From: Camelus dromedarius
Lineage: Eukaryota
Reading direction: 5' to 3'
NCBI RefSeq assembly: GCF_036321535.1
Contig: NC_087437.1
Span: 76,138,001-76,202,000, forward strand
DNA length: 64,000 bases
In this document: positions 26,401-39,711 of the stretch, one piece after another
Layout of the letters: the number at the start of each line of letters is the position of its first letter
Numbering within the stretch: position 1 is the stretch's first letter
Program-made: the position numbers and the translations under genes
Notes under the pieces: model-generated
The model's input: only the letters and a program-made list of their open reading frames with translations
The model's database searches: none
What the model was told of the DNA's origin: nothing

Positions 26401-26679
26401 AGCCATCTGAGCAGCCGCTGGGCAGACAGTCTGCTCTATAGCCAACAGCCACCTTTCCATTTTTCAGGCACATACCTCTCACAGAAATATTTTCAGTGCG
26501 GCAGTCTACAAAGCTGGTTATAACACCGGCACGATGTGACAACAAAATTCATGATGATTTTGCTTTTTCAGCCTGCCCTTTCCTTTTTTTTTTTAAATTC
26601 CTCCCTCCTACTCCGTCCCCCAAAGAAAACTAAACCAACAATACTTCCACAAAACCTGACTCAGACTTATGAATATAAT
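26401..26679 (-). other. Candidate alternative first exon with short coding start
   Basis: Non-repetitive; donor GCT|GTAAGG at 26400. ATG 26473 gives MCLKNGKVAVGYRADCLPSGCSDG (phase 1); ATG 26460 gives MERWLLAIEQTVCPAAAQMA (phase 0). TATA box about 29 nt upstream of the putative start. Confidence 0.45.
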
Positions 26680-27050
26680 GCTTTCAGTGAAAGCAGACCA
26701 GCTTTATAGGAGAACAGCTTTCATGAGAAGCAGGAAGCTGATCTGAGCAGCAGAGAGAGCAGGGATGGGGCGGAGCAGAAAGGAACTGAGCTGGGGGAGA
26801 GCGAAGCACAGATAGTCCTGGCTGCTTCTAGTTACTTATTGACAGTTTCATCTTATAGCACAGATTTACGAACAGGGTGAGCATCCGTCCTGCCGTACCT
26901 TTTCTTTCTTTTACGAATCTCTGCCAATCTGGCAAACTATTACTCAGGGGAAGGTGAGGCCTTACAGCCTCGCCAGAGCCCAGCTGCAGGGAAATGATGT
27001 AAGCTTCCCACCTCCCACCAGCCCCTGCTCTGCCAATCCACCTCTACTGA
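26680..27050 (-). promoter_or_regulatory. Candidate internal promoter
   Basis: TATAAAG on - at 26702-26708; ETS-like CAGGAAG at 26731; GC box GGGGCGGAG at 26767-26775; CCAAT motifs near 26924 and 27033; locally GC-richer unique sequence. Confidence 0.45.
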
Positions 27051-27299
27051 CCTGTTAACATCCCCTCCCTCCCGCAGTGCCACTGCCCTGGGGCGGCCAG
27101 GGCCCCAGGCTCTCCTGGCTGTGTCCTACTGTGCGGCAGAAAGTATTTGCCAGGGGATAAGGAGCATTTTTGTTTTGAGAAAAGTCTTCAATGAAAAAGC
27201 AAATGTCTATTTAAAAAATAATCCTGAAATGACAAAAGCTAACCAGTCCCCAAGACATATAATATTAAATAGCGTGGAGTAAGGAATGCAATTTGGCAT

Positions 27300-27480
27300 A
27301 AGGCAGCAGAGGTGTGATGTAGCAAAAGATGTAATAATGGGAGTTAGGAGACACCATTCTCCTATTAAAATGCTACCTCAATGACCTTGAACAATTGGCT
27401 TAATCTCTCTGGTTTCATTTTCTGTAAAATGAAAGAGATGACATAAATTACGTCTGAGGTCTCTTGTGGTAATTTTATGA
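27300..27480 (+). mobile_element. MIR SINE fragment
   Basis: tgaccttgaacaattggcttaatctctctggtttcattttctgtaaaatg core. Confidence 0.6.
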
Positions 27481-27937
27481 ACTGATTCCCAAAAGAAATA
27501 AATCAGGAGTAAAAAAGTAACCTGACTGTGGCTGACTGTTAGTTGTTTATTCAAAATTGCATGTAATTCTTACATTGAGTTATGTAAGATATACTTTGCC
27601 AAGGTGCTAGTAAATATGAGTAGGACAAGCAAAAGATGTCCAGGGGAAAAAGTTACAGACAATTCAAGTGTTAATCCTGCCCTGGAGAATTTATAGAGAA
27701 CTAGGATTGTGAAGATTCATACTCAGAAAAGGACAATTTATAAACAGATGCTTAGAAGCAATTAAGATCTATGACATTACCTTAGACAACAGAAACTATT
27801 TACCTTGGTCAGCAGTGTTTTAAGCTTAAAGGACAGACATACAGACAGACACACACACACACATATGCACACACACGAGAGACAAAAAAAAAAAAATTCT
27901 TTTAAATTAAGAGCCCACAATATACTGGTTATTAGGA

Positions 27938-29126
27938 CAACAGTCTTTAAATTAGGGTAGCCAAACTCCTATAAGTACATGAGACTTTCCAAAGGATATG
28001 AAGGGTATGCAGGCACATAGACGGCAAGTCAATTTCCATATCAACCTTTCTAGGCACCCTTTCCTAAAACTGATGTGACTGAGAATGGCCCTGGAGAGCA
28101 GGTTCACGTTTCCCACCTTCCCTTTTCCAATCCTTTTCCTCCGCTTTACAAAATCAAGGCACTCAGTCACCCATCACAAACCTCACTCTGGGGCATTTCT
28201 TAAGGTAGGGAAAAAACCTCTGAGCAGCACACAAGGGGACAATTAGAAGTACTGGTAGTGAAAAAAGTGCGTGGTCCTAATCTCTCTTCTCTTGCAACTC
28301 AGGTGGTTTTGCCAACTTTTTGCTTGATAAAATTGGAGGAGGACCTAATTTGCTTGTCAGCTGATAAATCATTAAAGACAATTTTAAATGACAGAGAACT
28401 GTGGTTTTGAATATAACTGAGGAGTTCAAAGAACTGAGTGACACTGCTATATTAATACTCTCATCCTTTTCAACTTATCTATGTAAACAAAATTTCACAG
28501 TGTATATATTAATATACTGAACTCTTTTTGCAGTGAATAATATTCATGGGCTGATATATGAACTAATTAGTAGAAAAGCACCAATAATGCACTGAGATAA
28601 ATTTTCAGTAAAATTGTATTTTTTCTCTACATTATTTATCAAAACTTATAACTCACACATTATTTTGATCAACTGTGTACTGATAATCACCATAATAACT
28701 TTTAAAAAGTCACTTAAAGTCTTATGGTCACCGTAAATTAAATTTTGTCACCAGAAGTATGACAGGGTGATCAAAAAGAGATTTTTTAAACATAATAACA
28801 CATAAGGATAAAATTTACTGAGAAAAGTAAATAATAAAGACTTCAAAGAGAAAAATTAACACTAAAATTTCGGACTGTTAAGAGAGTAGTTGTAAATGGA
28901 CAGTGTTAAGTATTAAACAGCTATGGTATCTGATTCAATTAAATACATTTAAGAAGGTTGTAACAGTTTTACTAAGAAATGTCAATACTTACAATCAATG
29001 ACAATTTTATCATTAGCAAATGATTAAAGCTATGATGAAATTTTAGATGTCATTGAAGAAATCTTTGAGGGAATCCAATAGTTTTCAAAATTCTTCCACT
29101 GCAACAAAAACGTTTAAAGACTGGTT
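27938..29126 (+). mobile_element. hAT-Charlie DNA transposon fossil (Charlie7-like), internally deleted
   Basis: Inverted termini cagtctttaaa (27941-27951) / tttaaagactg (29113-29123); 5' body matches a recalled Charlie consensus; degenerate hAT dimerisation-domain-like sequence near 28350-28560. Confidence 0.75.
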
Positions 29127-29489
29127 CACCCCCTTCTATTCCAGCACATCTTTCAAGTGTTACTACAGAGTTTAAAATTAATAAATAAACAATAAAACAA
29201 AAAGAACAGAAAATCAAGAACCTCTGGAAATGAGCCACTCAGAGCAATTAACTTTTCCTGTTACCTGTGGTTATATTCTTTGAGTGCCACAACAGTTTGT
29301 CTCCTAATTTGAAGCTATGATAAATGAAAATCTTCTCAAAATGGGGAACTTCTTAGACCACATCAATGTGATTTAACTGTATATTAGTGTTTCCCAAGCA
29401 ATTATTACTAACCCCAATCCTGCAGAGCATTCATATAATGTCCACAAGGGTTTTGCTGCTCCTCCTATTTGGCATTCTGCATTTCTGCC

Positions 29490-29670
29490 AGCAAGTCAGG
29501 GATGCGGGTTCAATTCCTAGCCTGCCAACAACAAGCTATCAGCCCCTAGGCCGAAGTACTGAAACAGTACTGAGCTTCAACTTTCTTCCCTATAAAACTA
29601 AGTTAATCTTACTTCCTTAAACTATCTCACAAAATTGAGATGAGTTCACAGATGTGAGCATGCTTTACTT
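29490..29670 (+). mobile_element. MIR SINE fragment
   Basis: gggttcaattcctagcctgcca...ctgagcttcaactttcttccctataaaa. Confidence 0.55.
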
Positions 29671-30649
29671 AAAAATTCCATATCAAGAACACATGGTCTC
29701 ACCACTGAGCACCTGCATGAAGCTCCCGTTTCCTTTCTAAGTGCTGTCGGTGTGGAAATCAGCCAAAAAGCTGGCTAGATCTGTTTGTTTAATTCTGATA
29801 AAAATGGTTTAAGTAAGGGACGGGGGTCTTCTATAAAATAACATCAAGTTTGTGACATTTATTTCCAGAGGTCATATGAGTTCTGGATCACTGATACTGC
29901 TGGACAGCTGAGTAATATGCAGAAAGATACAACTCTATACAACGTTCCACCCAAAGCTTCAACCTGCTCTGATACAACAAAGGATTCACAAACAGGCGAA
30001 GCCTAACATATTTTTAAGATGTGATCTTCATTCACTTTAGGATCAAACCCATCACCCCCTCAACCACCAATACACAGATACATCTTGCTTTTATTAATTA
30101 TCTGCTCACTAAATGTTTTTTATTACGGTGTTTGGTAGTCCAAAACTTCAATTCCCAAGTTGCTGGTCCATCTAGGGCCATAGAACCTTAGATTCATTCC
30201 CAGAAGCACAAAATAAGCCTTTCACTTTCAAAAGTAGCAAATAAAATTAAAGTAACATCAAAGAGGAGATAAGGTTTTTAAACAGTTAACTGATATTACC
30301 TGTTCTATTTAAAATGTCCATATGGTAAGCCAGGTACCTTATTCTCTTCCATGAATTATTATGTAGTTACTATCATTATAGTCTCCCTCGACCCTTTAAA
30401 CAATTCTACTATTATTTCCAGGCTACTGATTATGAATCTTAGCCTCAACAGTATTTTAAGTGATTTGCTCAAGATCACAAAGGTAGGCAATGAAAGACAG
30501 AACTAGAACTCAATCCTGCAGACAGATGGTCCAGCAAAGTTCCCTAGTACACGTACTTGCCCCACTGAAACTGCTGGTACAATCAACAAAAACTGCAGTG
30601 TGCAGCTGTGGCAGCATTCCCGCTCTGTTCTGTGTTTCCCACGGGGCAC

Positions 30650-30830
30650 CATGGTTTTAGTTCAAAGAACAGGCATTCTGGAATTGCACAGATCAGAGTT
30701 TGAATCCAGACTATGTGACCTTAGGCAAGTTAGTTAGCTTTTCTAAGCTCAATTTCCTCATCTGTAAAAGGTAGTAACAGCATCTATAAGGTGGTTGTGG
30801 GGATTAAAAGAGATAGTGTCACAGTAGTCA
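30650..30830 (+). mobile_element. MIR SINE
   Basis: gagtttgaatccag...tgtgaccttaggcaagttag...tttcctcatctgtaaaa...ggttgtggggattaaa. Confidence 0.8.
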
Positions 30831-30849
30831 CAAACTTAAGTTTACTAAA

Positions 30850-31090
30850 TAACAATAATATGTTTGAGCACCATTAGGTGTTGTGCCTTAATTCACCTAA
30901 TTTTCCCAATAATCCTATGGTATAGTAGATACTATTATTATCATCCTGTTTTACAGAGGAGGGAAGACTGTCCAAGAGAGGAAAGGCAATCTGCCTAGGG
31001 GCACAGAGCTAAGAAGTGCAAGAGCTGGCCCTGAGGCTCAGCAGCCTGACTCCAGGGCTCATGCTCTCAACTGCTGTACACTGCCTCTCT
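30850..31090 (-). mobile_element. MIR SINE
   Basis: aatcctatg...actattattatcatcctgttttacagagg...ctgactccagggctcatgctctcaac is reverse MIR. Confidence 0.75.
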
Positions 31091-31799
31091 ACACGTGAGT
31101 TTAATGAGAGCACTACCTTCATTCTCACCATCATCATCACCCACCTTCTCCACAGTTAGCCTGAAGGGACTCAGGTCTATGAAGCACCCCGGGGATGAGA
31201 CATAAAGACCTAGGACTCTGACTAAGTGAGACTGACAGGAGTTAGGGCTTCAGGGAAGAAGTCAAGAAGGAAGCTGGTCCCTGGAAGAGAATAAGGTGCA
31301 ACAGAATGAAGAAACTAAATGGAGGCCTGAAAGTGGAAACAGGAAAAAATATCAGCTACAGATTAAGGGTGAGATTTAGTCTAAGAAAAACAAACCTCTA
31401 TTTATAAAATTTTCTCAGGTGCCTAAAGGAATACCAAAAAGAAAACTTTTAAAAACCTGGTCTGTGATATAATTTGGGATCTACTCTATCTATTTAATAA
31501 TTGTTATCAACTCTGGGGGGAAATGTGATCATTTAAATCATCTCTCATTGATGACACTTAAGTAGGCACAATGTATTTACCTCTGAAAGTTATCACAGGC
31601 ATTTACCTCTGAAAGTATCAGGGCCCAGCAAAATGTCACTCTAACTACTGAATGTCCCTTCTACTCCTTTGGCAAATCTTAAATTTCATGCTCATGCAAT
31701 GTTATTTCTGAGTTCCTTTGGGTAATGGTGTTTTGGGCTTTCAATCTACATTATTTTCCTCTATGGCTTTTGTCTAAATCTAAAACCTGTTTTATTTCA

Positions 31800-32045
31800 C
31801 TTAAAGGGATTGCTGGAAATCAGTTTCCCTAACTCCCTCAGGCTGAGTTAGGCTGCATCCCATGTGTTCCCAAAAGCCCTGCATATGCCACCATTAGAGC
31901 ACTGATGACCCTCGTTTGTGACTACAGATCTGGTCTCGCCACTACCCTGTAAAATCCCAGAGAAGAGAATCCATGTTTTGCTCATTGTTACAACCCCAGC
32001 ATCTAGTACACTGTGCTGAACTCAATAAATGTTAAAAGATTAGCT
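31800..32045 (+). mobile_element. L2 3' end fragment
   Basis: ccccagcatctagtacactg...ctcaataaatgtt. Confidence 0.6.
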
Positions 32046-35000
32046 GAAAGTCTTTGAGCCTGTTTTCTTACTCCTTCAAGGTTTCCCTTGCCACTGAGCT
32101 TACTCTAAAAACCTCTCTCTTTAGATAGTAATAATCTTGGATCACCAAAAGTGATTAGGATTTAGTAGATTAGTGATTACTTCTCTGGTAATTGGTTGGG
32201 GAAATAAAAAGGAAACACCCCTGGGTTGATATTTCAGTATCCACGCTGCTGAACAGGGCTAGAACTCAGTTTTCAGAAAAAGGATATGCCTTAGGGTCAT
32301 GATCACTTAAAATTTATTGACTAGCTCAAGAGGCTTTGTTTATCCCATAATAACCAGCAAAGTGCCTGGCACAAGGTCAGTGTCAGGTAAAGACTTTTAT
32401 ATGGTTGATTAATTGACTACTGCTATTAGAACTGCTACAGGCCAAATGCAGAAGATCCTTGAACAATGGTGTGTAAAGATTCAGCAAAACACCAGTTAGT
32501 TTCTAATTATAAATCATTAACTTCTTAGAAATGGAAAATTATGATTAAATAGAGTCAGAGACAATAAAAATTCCCCCAAAATATCATACTTCTATTTTTT
32601 TTTCCACATGGAAGTCTTTGAAAGGCATAATGCTAAAAAAAGTTTTAAGCTTAATCTGAAAAAAAACCCACTCTCCCATAAACTATATGGCACAACCTAA
32701 CAGAAATTGTTGGTCCTTAAGGTATGTGTATGAAGAGGGGACTCAGGATCAATGATCAGACAATACTGAAATTTCCCAAATCTGACTATTATCCTGTTAA
32801 AACTAAACATACCTGTTCGAAGAAGTTACTTGGGGGACTAATGAAAATTGCATGATCCTTTTTGTTAATAAAACCTAAATTTGTGTGTACTGGTAAAACA
32901 GAGCAAAATAAACAAATTTTAAAACAACAAAAAAACTTAAACTAAAAATTTAGGTTGTATATGAAAATCTATCTTTAAATTTTCAAATTCCCCTAAGATT
33001 TCCTTGCATTATTAGACTCCAAGAGAAACTAAGATTGAGATTCTGTTCAATGCTAAGGCTGCTATTATACTAAAAATCATTTTAAGGTATTTTTAAAAAT
33101 CAGCAGTCTCTCAAAGAACATCTGGTGATCTTAACATCCATTTTTTAACCGAAAACATTAAGAAAAAAAAAAAGTACAGTAAGTAGATTACATTTTGCAT
33201 CCTCCTAAGCTTACAAATTTTCCCAAATATCAAAGTCACACTAAACTGGGAGATTATTAACTTCCTGATGGAGTTAATCTCTTAAACACAAAGCCACAGT
33301 CACAGCTACCATATAATCAAAGTTATATATACAATGCCAAAAAATACTCAGAATAACACTTCTTTGGTACCATAATGATTATAAAGGTTGAACAGCATAC
33401 ATTTACTGGCAAGTTACAGATTCTCCTCACCACATACATTCAAATATTTTCCTTTCACTTTCTTGAAATTTTAGTAAGAATATTTCAATTACCTATAGTA
33501 AAATACTCTGCCTCAAGGAAACATTTCTATTAGTATTGAGACCCTCTAAAATAAATAAAACGTTATTAGGTATGCGATTTGTATCCTCCTTTAAACTGTA
33601 CCATTACTAACAGATATAACATTCATTGATTTTTATAGTTCCTTAGAAAATAAATAAATCGTATTTGGTAGAAATATATTCTCTCAAATTAGATTACATA
33701 TCATTTATCTGCATGTTCTTTTTAATATGATAACTTTCCCAGAGAAAAGGTTTATTTCTATTATCCTCTAACATCTTTCTAGGTCTAAGAGGTTTCAGAA
33801 TTGAAAATCATAATTTGTCAATGTCTTGGCAAGCCCCTTCTAGTTACAGATATCTAAGATGGGTCTACAATACACAAATTTTTACTGATAGAAATTTAGC
33901 AAGCATATTTTACAGTATGTTTTCACTTAGATGAAAACCACTAAAGTAAATATTATTTTCATTTTACAGAGGAAACACATGAAGCTCCACAAAGGCCAAG
34001 CACTTCACCTATTAAATAACCTTAAAAAGTAAAGATTTGAACTAAGTTTTCTTCAGTGAAATCAGGTGCTTTTAGCATATATTGGAAAGTTTAAAAATAC
34101 ATTTGTTCATCAGTGCAGAATAAAATTGGGGGGAGCAGGGAATTTCACATGTTTCTCAAATGCCTCACGCTTTTCCATCTACCCTCCATGTAAGCAGCTG
34201 TTTCTGTATCATAAACCAAGTCTTTCTAAGCCTCTTTCATTAGACTTGCACTGCTCCCCTGAATTCTCTAACTATGGTTTCGATCTCTTCCATTATCTCT
34301 TTCATTATTTTTATAACTTTCTTCACTATCTTATGAAAAGTGAAGAATGTTATCTAAGTTAGCTTTTAAAAAAAATAGGAGTTATAGTTTTTTTAAAAAG
34401 GCTTCTTTTAGAACTTACAAGAACCAAGGAGAAGGGATATATACCTTGAAAACTAATGATGTGATTCTATACTTAATCTATGATTCTGTCCTTAAGACTA
34501 TGGGAAAAAATCTATCCGGAATGGCATTAACCTTTAGGAAATTGGCCGATTCCCAAGAGTGGATAATGCCTGGAAGCTGGAGGTATTATGGGTTGTGTTA
34601 AGGAGGCAAGGTCACGAAAGGTCAGTAACTAAGCTTCCGGCAATACTGGGGCAGGCAAAGCTGTGACTTCTGCTGGGACCACACACAATCTGTGCTGTTA
34701 TTGATGAGTGGGACCCCTGACCTCACACTCCCAAACAGCTTAATTCCTACTATCTGTCCCAAACCCCAAGTGCTGGTCGTAGGCCCACTGATGTGGCTTT
34801 TGATGATAGAGTAAGTAATTAGTAAATAAGCTCTCAGATGTGAAACAGAGAAGCAAGCAGCCCAACATGGTCACTGAAACAGGGATTCATCTATGCAGGT
34901 AGGAAGTGCTCTGGATGAAAGTTAAACTCTAAAATGATTTAAAGAAATAAGAGAAGGACTGTTAAAATAAGAGAGATGACGATTTAGAAAAATGAAATAA

Positions 35001-36539
35001 AATTGATGCATGTATATAAACATACATAAATAATTTCCTGTTTATTCATAATACAAATCATATAACTAATTATTTGATTTATTAAATCATCACACTTAAG
35101 GTTGATACAACCCTTCTGGTCCCACAGAATGGTTATTTATGAAAACATTTTCAGAAGTGTTTACAAAGGTTTACTTTAACAAAATACTTCCTATTTGAAA
35201 CTGTGAAACTCTTTAATGTTGTATATGAGAAGTCATATATTCCTGGGGGGAAAAATGAAAGAATTAATGTCTATAAAAAGGATGAAGGGACCAAATTACA
35301 TCCCCAAATGTCAGAAAGCAATAAGACCAAGGCATAAAGGACTAATCAAAATCCATGGAGCATGCTGCAAAATTTCTAGCCAACTATAAAAATCACACTT
35401 TTAAAACAAATTTTGTTTTGCTAAATCTTGCCCTTTCTCTAAATACATCTATGTACCTTTTTTATGATTAAGAAGGCCAAAATTCTCAAAACAGGCATAG
35501 AAACATTGAGATATTTCTGTACTTGAACAACAGTCAGGTTAACTGCCCTCTTTGCTATCTTCCCAGAGAAAATGAAGCGCACAATTCCACTTCCGAAACT
35601 TTGAAAAAGCACTGCTCTGTGGCACTGCTCAAAACCAAGCCAGCACTTAGGCTTTCGTGCTTCCTCTGGTGGAACTTCTTGAAACAGTGCCAAGAATCAT
35701 TTGATCACTTAAACCAGTGCTGATGAGTTAGAAGCAGCTGGAGTATATGATTCAGTGGTCATTTCTCTGTTACATTTTTGTTTTCAAATAATTATCTGAA
35801 GGACCAAGTAATTTGATCAAAATGGCGCTCTGGAAACAAAGATTAGGAGGCAGAACGGTTCTGAATTAGGATTAAAGTGCTTTGACTTCAACAGTTCTCT
35901 ATTTTCACCTAATAGCTTTGTTTTCTCAGTCTTCATTGTTAAGATTTTAGAGAGTAAGGAACCAAGTATATTTCTTTATCTATCTTCCTAAGAACACAAC
36001 AAGAAAATGGTCAAATATCAGATGTTCAAAAGATACTTACTCATTGAGTATAATTAATAAGCTCAAATAATAAAATGCTTCCTTATTTTTTTCCCCACTA
36101 AAGTCAAGTTTGCATTAAAAATAGGAGAAATAGCATAAAATGATTTCTAAAGGTTCCAATGTGATGTGTCAACAAGGCTAAAGGGAAGTTTTATGGGGCA
36201 GAGTAAATGGCAGAAATGGAAATAAGTGTGTGTAACATATCATCCCTGACTCTGACATCAGTTTTTTTCTTTGTAAACATCATTTATGTTATTTTTTTTT
36301 ACCTAATTTAGGAGACTTAATTTCTCACATTCATGAATGTTCACAAATAGACTACATATATGATTTTAAATTGAAATAAATATCTACCATCACATCACTC
36401 AATAGTGATTTTTGACTGCCAGTCTTTTTTTCTTTGTAACCTCAAAGCCTGCCACATAAATAAGTATTCTACCATTAGATCATGCTATCTATGTTCAATT
36501 TTTACCCCATTCTTGAACATTACAATCATAGAGAATAGG

Positions 36540-36905
36540 ACATGAGAAGGGCAAGAGATAAAAGGAAAAGATAAGTGGGCATTGAGAAATAAGAACAAAA
36601 AGATAAACAGCCAAATCATCCAGGAATTTCTTAGCCACGGTAATGAGTATGTACTTATCCTAAGAATGATGAGAATTCAGTATAGGAGTAATAAGATCAG
36701 ATCTGTATTTTGGAAGGACTTTTCTGGCAGGAATGAGGGTATGGACAAAAAAAGGGCAAAACTAGAGGCAGGGACACATGTTAAGAACTTGCTTACGTAA
36801 CACAAGCAAGTAATGTGGTGATCTGTTAGGATGTGACCAGGAAAGAGGAGCTACGAATCAACTCCAGAGATGCACAGGAAGTGGAATCAACTAGACTTGA
36901 TGATT
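36540..36905 (-). mobile_element. L2 fragment
   Basis: Purine-rich reverse-L2 motifs (gatcagatctgtattttggaagg, gtggaatcaactagacttgatg). Confidence 0.55.
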
Positions 36906-37384
36906 CCACGTACCAGGGTAGCAGATGGAAAGACAGGGAGAGAAAGGGAGGTTTTACCATAAATCCTTCCTGGGGAGTATTTTTAAAGATGATGAGCTGC
37001 AATTATCATAAACTTGCTTCTCTTTATAGTAGTTGCCTCTATGCATGAGTATTTCTAAACAATACACTGTTTAAATTTGCCAGCTTCTAAACTTTATATA
37101 TGTGAAATATTCTTTTGTGACTTGCTCCCTTCTCTTAGGATTATATATTTGATATTCAACTCAGTACCTGTGTTTAGCTCTTTCAATTATATGGCTGTAT
37201 GGTGTGTTGAATGAGTATAGCAAAATTAATTGATCTATTGAATGAATGATATTCAAAAAAAATTTTGTACCCCATTCTTTGTTACTCACTTATGTTAGCT
37301 TTAGGAAAAATAACATAAGGATTTCCTCCTCTTATCAAAAATATAAAGTGAATATAATCTTAATGGCTGAATTTTTTAAAAAGG

Positions 37385-37500
37385 AAATGGGGAAACTCAG
37401 GAACGGAGAAGTTAAGCATCTTGAACAAAGCTACCCAGCTTGTAGGTAGCAAACTGGGATTTGAACCCACAGTGTGTGATTCCAGAGCCCATGCTAGTAA
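37385..37500 (-). mobile_element. MIR SINE fragment
   Basis: ggaaactcagg...gttaagcatcttg...ctgggatttgaacccacag...tccagagcccatg. Confidence 0.75.
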
Positions 37501-37829
37501 ACAAAATGCCTCTTCATTTTGTGTGACGTATGCCACACGCCCCACCCCCCTTTTTCCCACCTATGCCTATTCAACCCTGTTAGCTCCTGGCTTCTCTCCA
37601 ACATGAAAGGGCTAGTCAATCTAGGCTGGCTTCTTTACTGATCCACCTACTCTCCACCATATCGTCCCATATCCCCATGAACCAGGCTCCTTTCTGTCCT
37701 TTGTGACCATTTTGTTCAGACAAACTGTCAGTCACTTCCTCCTTTTCCACCTCCTCAAAGCCTGACCCCCTTTTAATATCTGACTCATGTCCCCTTCCCT
37801 CCATAAGATCTTACAGGACCATCAGAACC

Positions 37830-38000
37830 TTCACTCATTCAATGATTCAATGATTCATTCAAATCATTCAATAATTCCTTATGTTAACACCTACTGTGTA
37901 TCAGATATTGCTCTGAGCACTGGGTAGAAAGGGGAACAAAACACACAAGGCTTCTACTCTCACAGAAGAACAGAAGATACACAAGTTCAAAAATGCAAAA
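37830..38000 (-). mobile_element. L2 3' end
   Basis: cattcattca-type tail followed by cacctactgtgtatcagatattgctctgagcactggg. Confidence 0.7.
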
Positions 38001-39557
38001 ATAATGCCAGTGATACATATTATGAAAACAAGATGATTTCTGTACTATTTCTGCCTAATTTTCTGGCAACTTGCTTTAAAACTGTGAATTACTGAAGACA
38101 AGAAGTCCATCTTTTGTCTAAAACTTGGCATGTACTAGTTAGTCCATTAATCAGTGAATTAATGAATGTATAAATGAAAAGAATGGATGACTGGATAGAA
38201 TGATAGATGGGTGGACTGAAGGAAGGATGAATGGAAGAATGAATGAAAAAGCAACCGCCTCAAACTGTGACTAAACCACTCCATCTCTAAGTTTTGCTTC
38301 TCCCAACTAGGTTGAGGGTGGAGAGTCTAGAGCCTGCAAACTTGTTTTGGTCTGGCTTGCCCAGTGAAGGTGACGATGAATCTGAGGGATTTTATGCAGG
38401 GCGGCACCTTCACTTAAGCATGATCCTCACTATTTCCTATCTTACCCAATGCCCATTTCCCATAGTCAAGCTCCCTGCCTGGCTCCTGCAAGTATCTGTC
38501 CCTGTGCAGACTTTCCTTTAGGATAAGATGCCAAAATTTAATAACAGTAGATAGAAAATTGAGAAACTCCATAACATAATTTTAACTAAGTCTTTAGAGG
38601 TTGTGAGAACAACAATTTCTAGCTCAGATTATCTAAAATTATAAGAGGTTCTGAATCATTCTAATATGTGACTAAATTCTCAAAAGCTTATCAAAATTAA
38701 TTTCATTTATTTTTAAAAATACTAATTTAAGTTTTCAAAACATTCAGAAGAGGTGGAATACATTTTTAAATTAAAGCAAGATAAAATGGCAAAGCCCAAT
38801 AGTGTGGAGTCACTTGCTTACATCACTGGAGAGAATAATCACAGACCATAATCAAGGACTCTGCTTCTCAAACTTATTTATTTAGCCTTGACAACAAAAA
38901 TAATTACACAGACAACTCTGTGGACCCCCATCTAAGGATCATGGTCTTAATAGTTCAATACTCACTTTAGGTGCATGTTTAATTAACAGTATCATAAACA
39001 CAAATTCAAACTTTGTGACAAAAATCCAGTGATAATGCTTAGTTATAAATAAGTTAACTAACCAGGGCACCCAGAAATACATTCTTTCTTTTGTATTTAT
39101 CATTTAAATGAAACATAAAAAAATTTTTTTCTCATTAAGAACTAGCTAACCCCTGAGGATATGTCTATTACTTGACTTAAGTTGAAGAAACTCAGATCTA
39201 AAAGAATACAACGAAAGGTATCTCTCAGGAAATGAATTGATGTATATTTGCGGTATATATGTGTACAACACACCCAGTACTTTAATCAAAGTTCATTCCT
39301 AATTACTACTCAAATGCTAGTGATTCTTAAAACATTAATATTTTAAATTTCTCTGCCCATCAGCCACAGTTCTGATGAACAAATATGTTAACATACATAA
39401 ATAAACTCTATAAAACAGCAGCTTAGTGCTATTTAAGAGAACCATGTGAATGAATTACCTTGGCCAAACAATTATCCTCTGTTTATTTGATATTAACTTC
39501 TGATTTTGCATTGGGTTTTCTTAAAATGAGAACGTTTGTTTAACGTTAAAGTTATAT

Positions 39558-39679
39558 GGGGGGGAGGGTATAGCTCAAGTGATAGAGCACATGCTTAGCA
39601 TACACAAGTTCCTGGGTTCAATTCCCAGTACATCCTCTAAAAATAAATAAGTAAGTAAGCCTAATTCCCTCCCCTCCAC

Positions 39680-39705
<26 letters not shown>
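39558..39705 (+). mobile_element. Young tRNA-derived SINE (camelid vic-1-type)
   Basis: G-run head, A box tagctcaagtg, B box ggttcaattcc, long pure A tail, TSD aaagttatat (39548-39557, 39706-39715). Confidence 0.92.

Positions 39706-39711
<6 letters not shown>

Noticed and set aside
29265..29314. Possible 50-nt minus-strand exon (tag|...cag|gtaac)
   Set aside because: Weak pyrimidine tract, not frame-preserving, peptide unrecognised
35439..35723. Overlapping ORFs in unique sequence
   Set aside because: Non-ATG starts, no convincing splice sites, no recognisable protein
39558..39640. tRNA-like sequence with A and B boxes (also at 44927-45010)
   Set aside because: SINE heads with A-rich tails and TSDs, not tRNA genes
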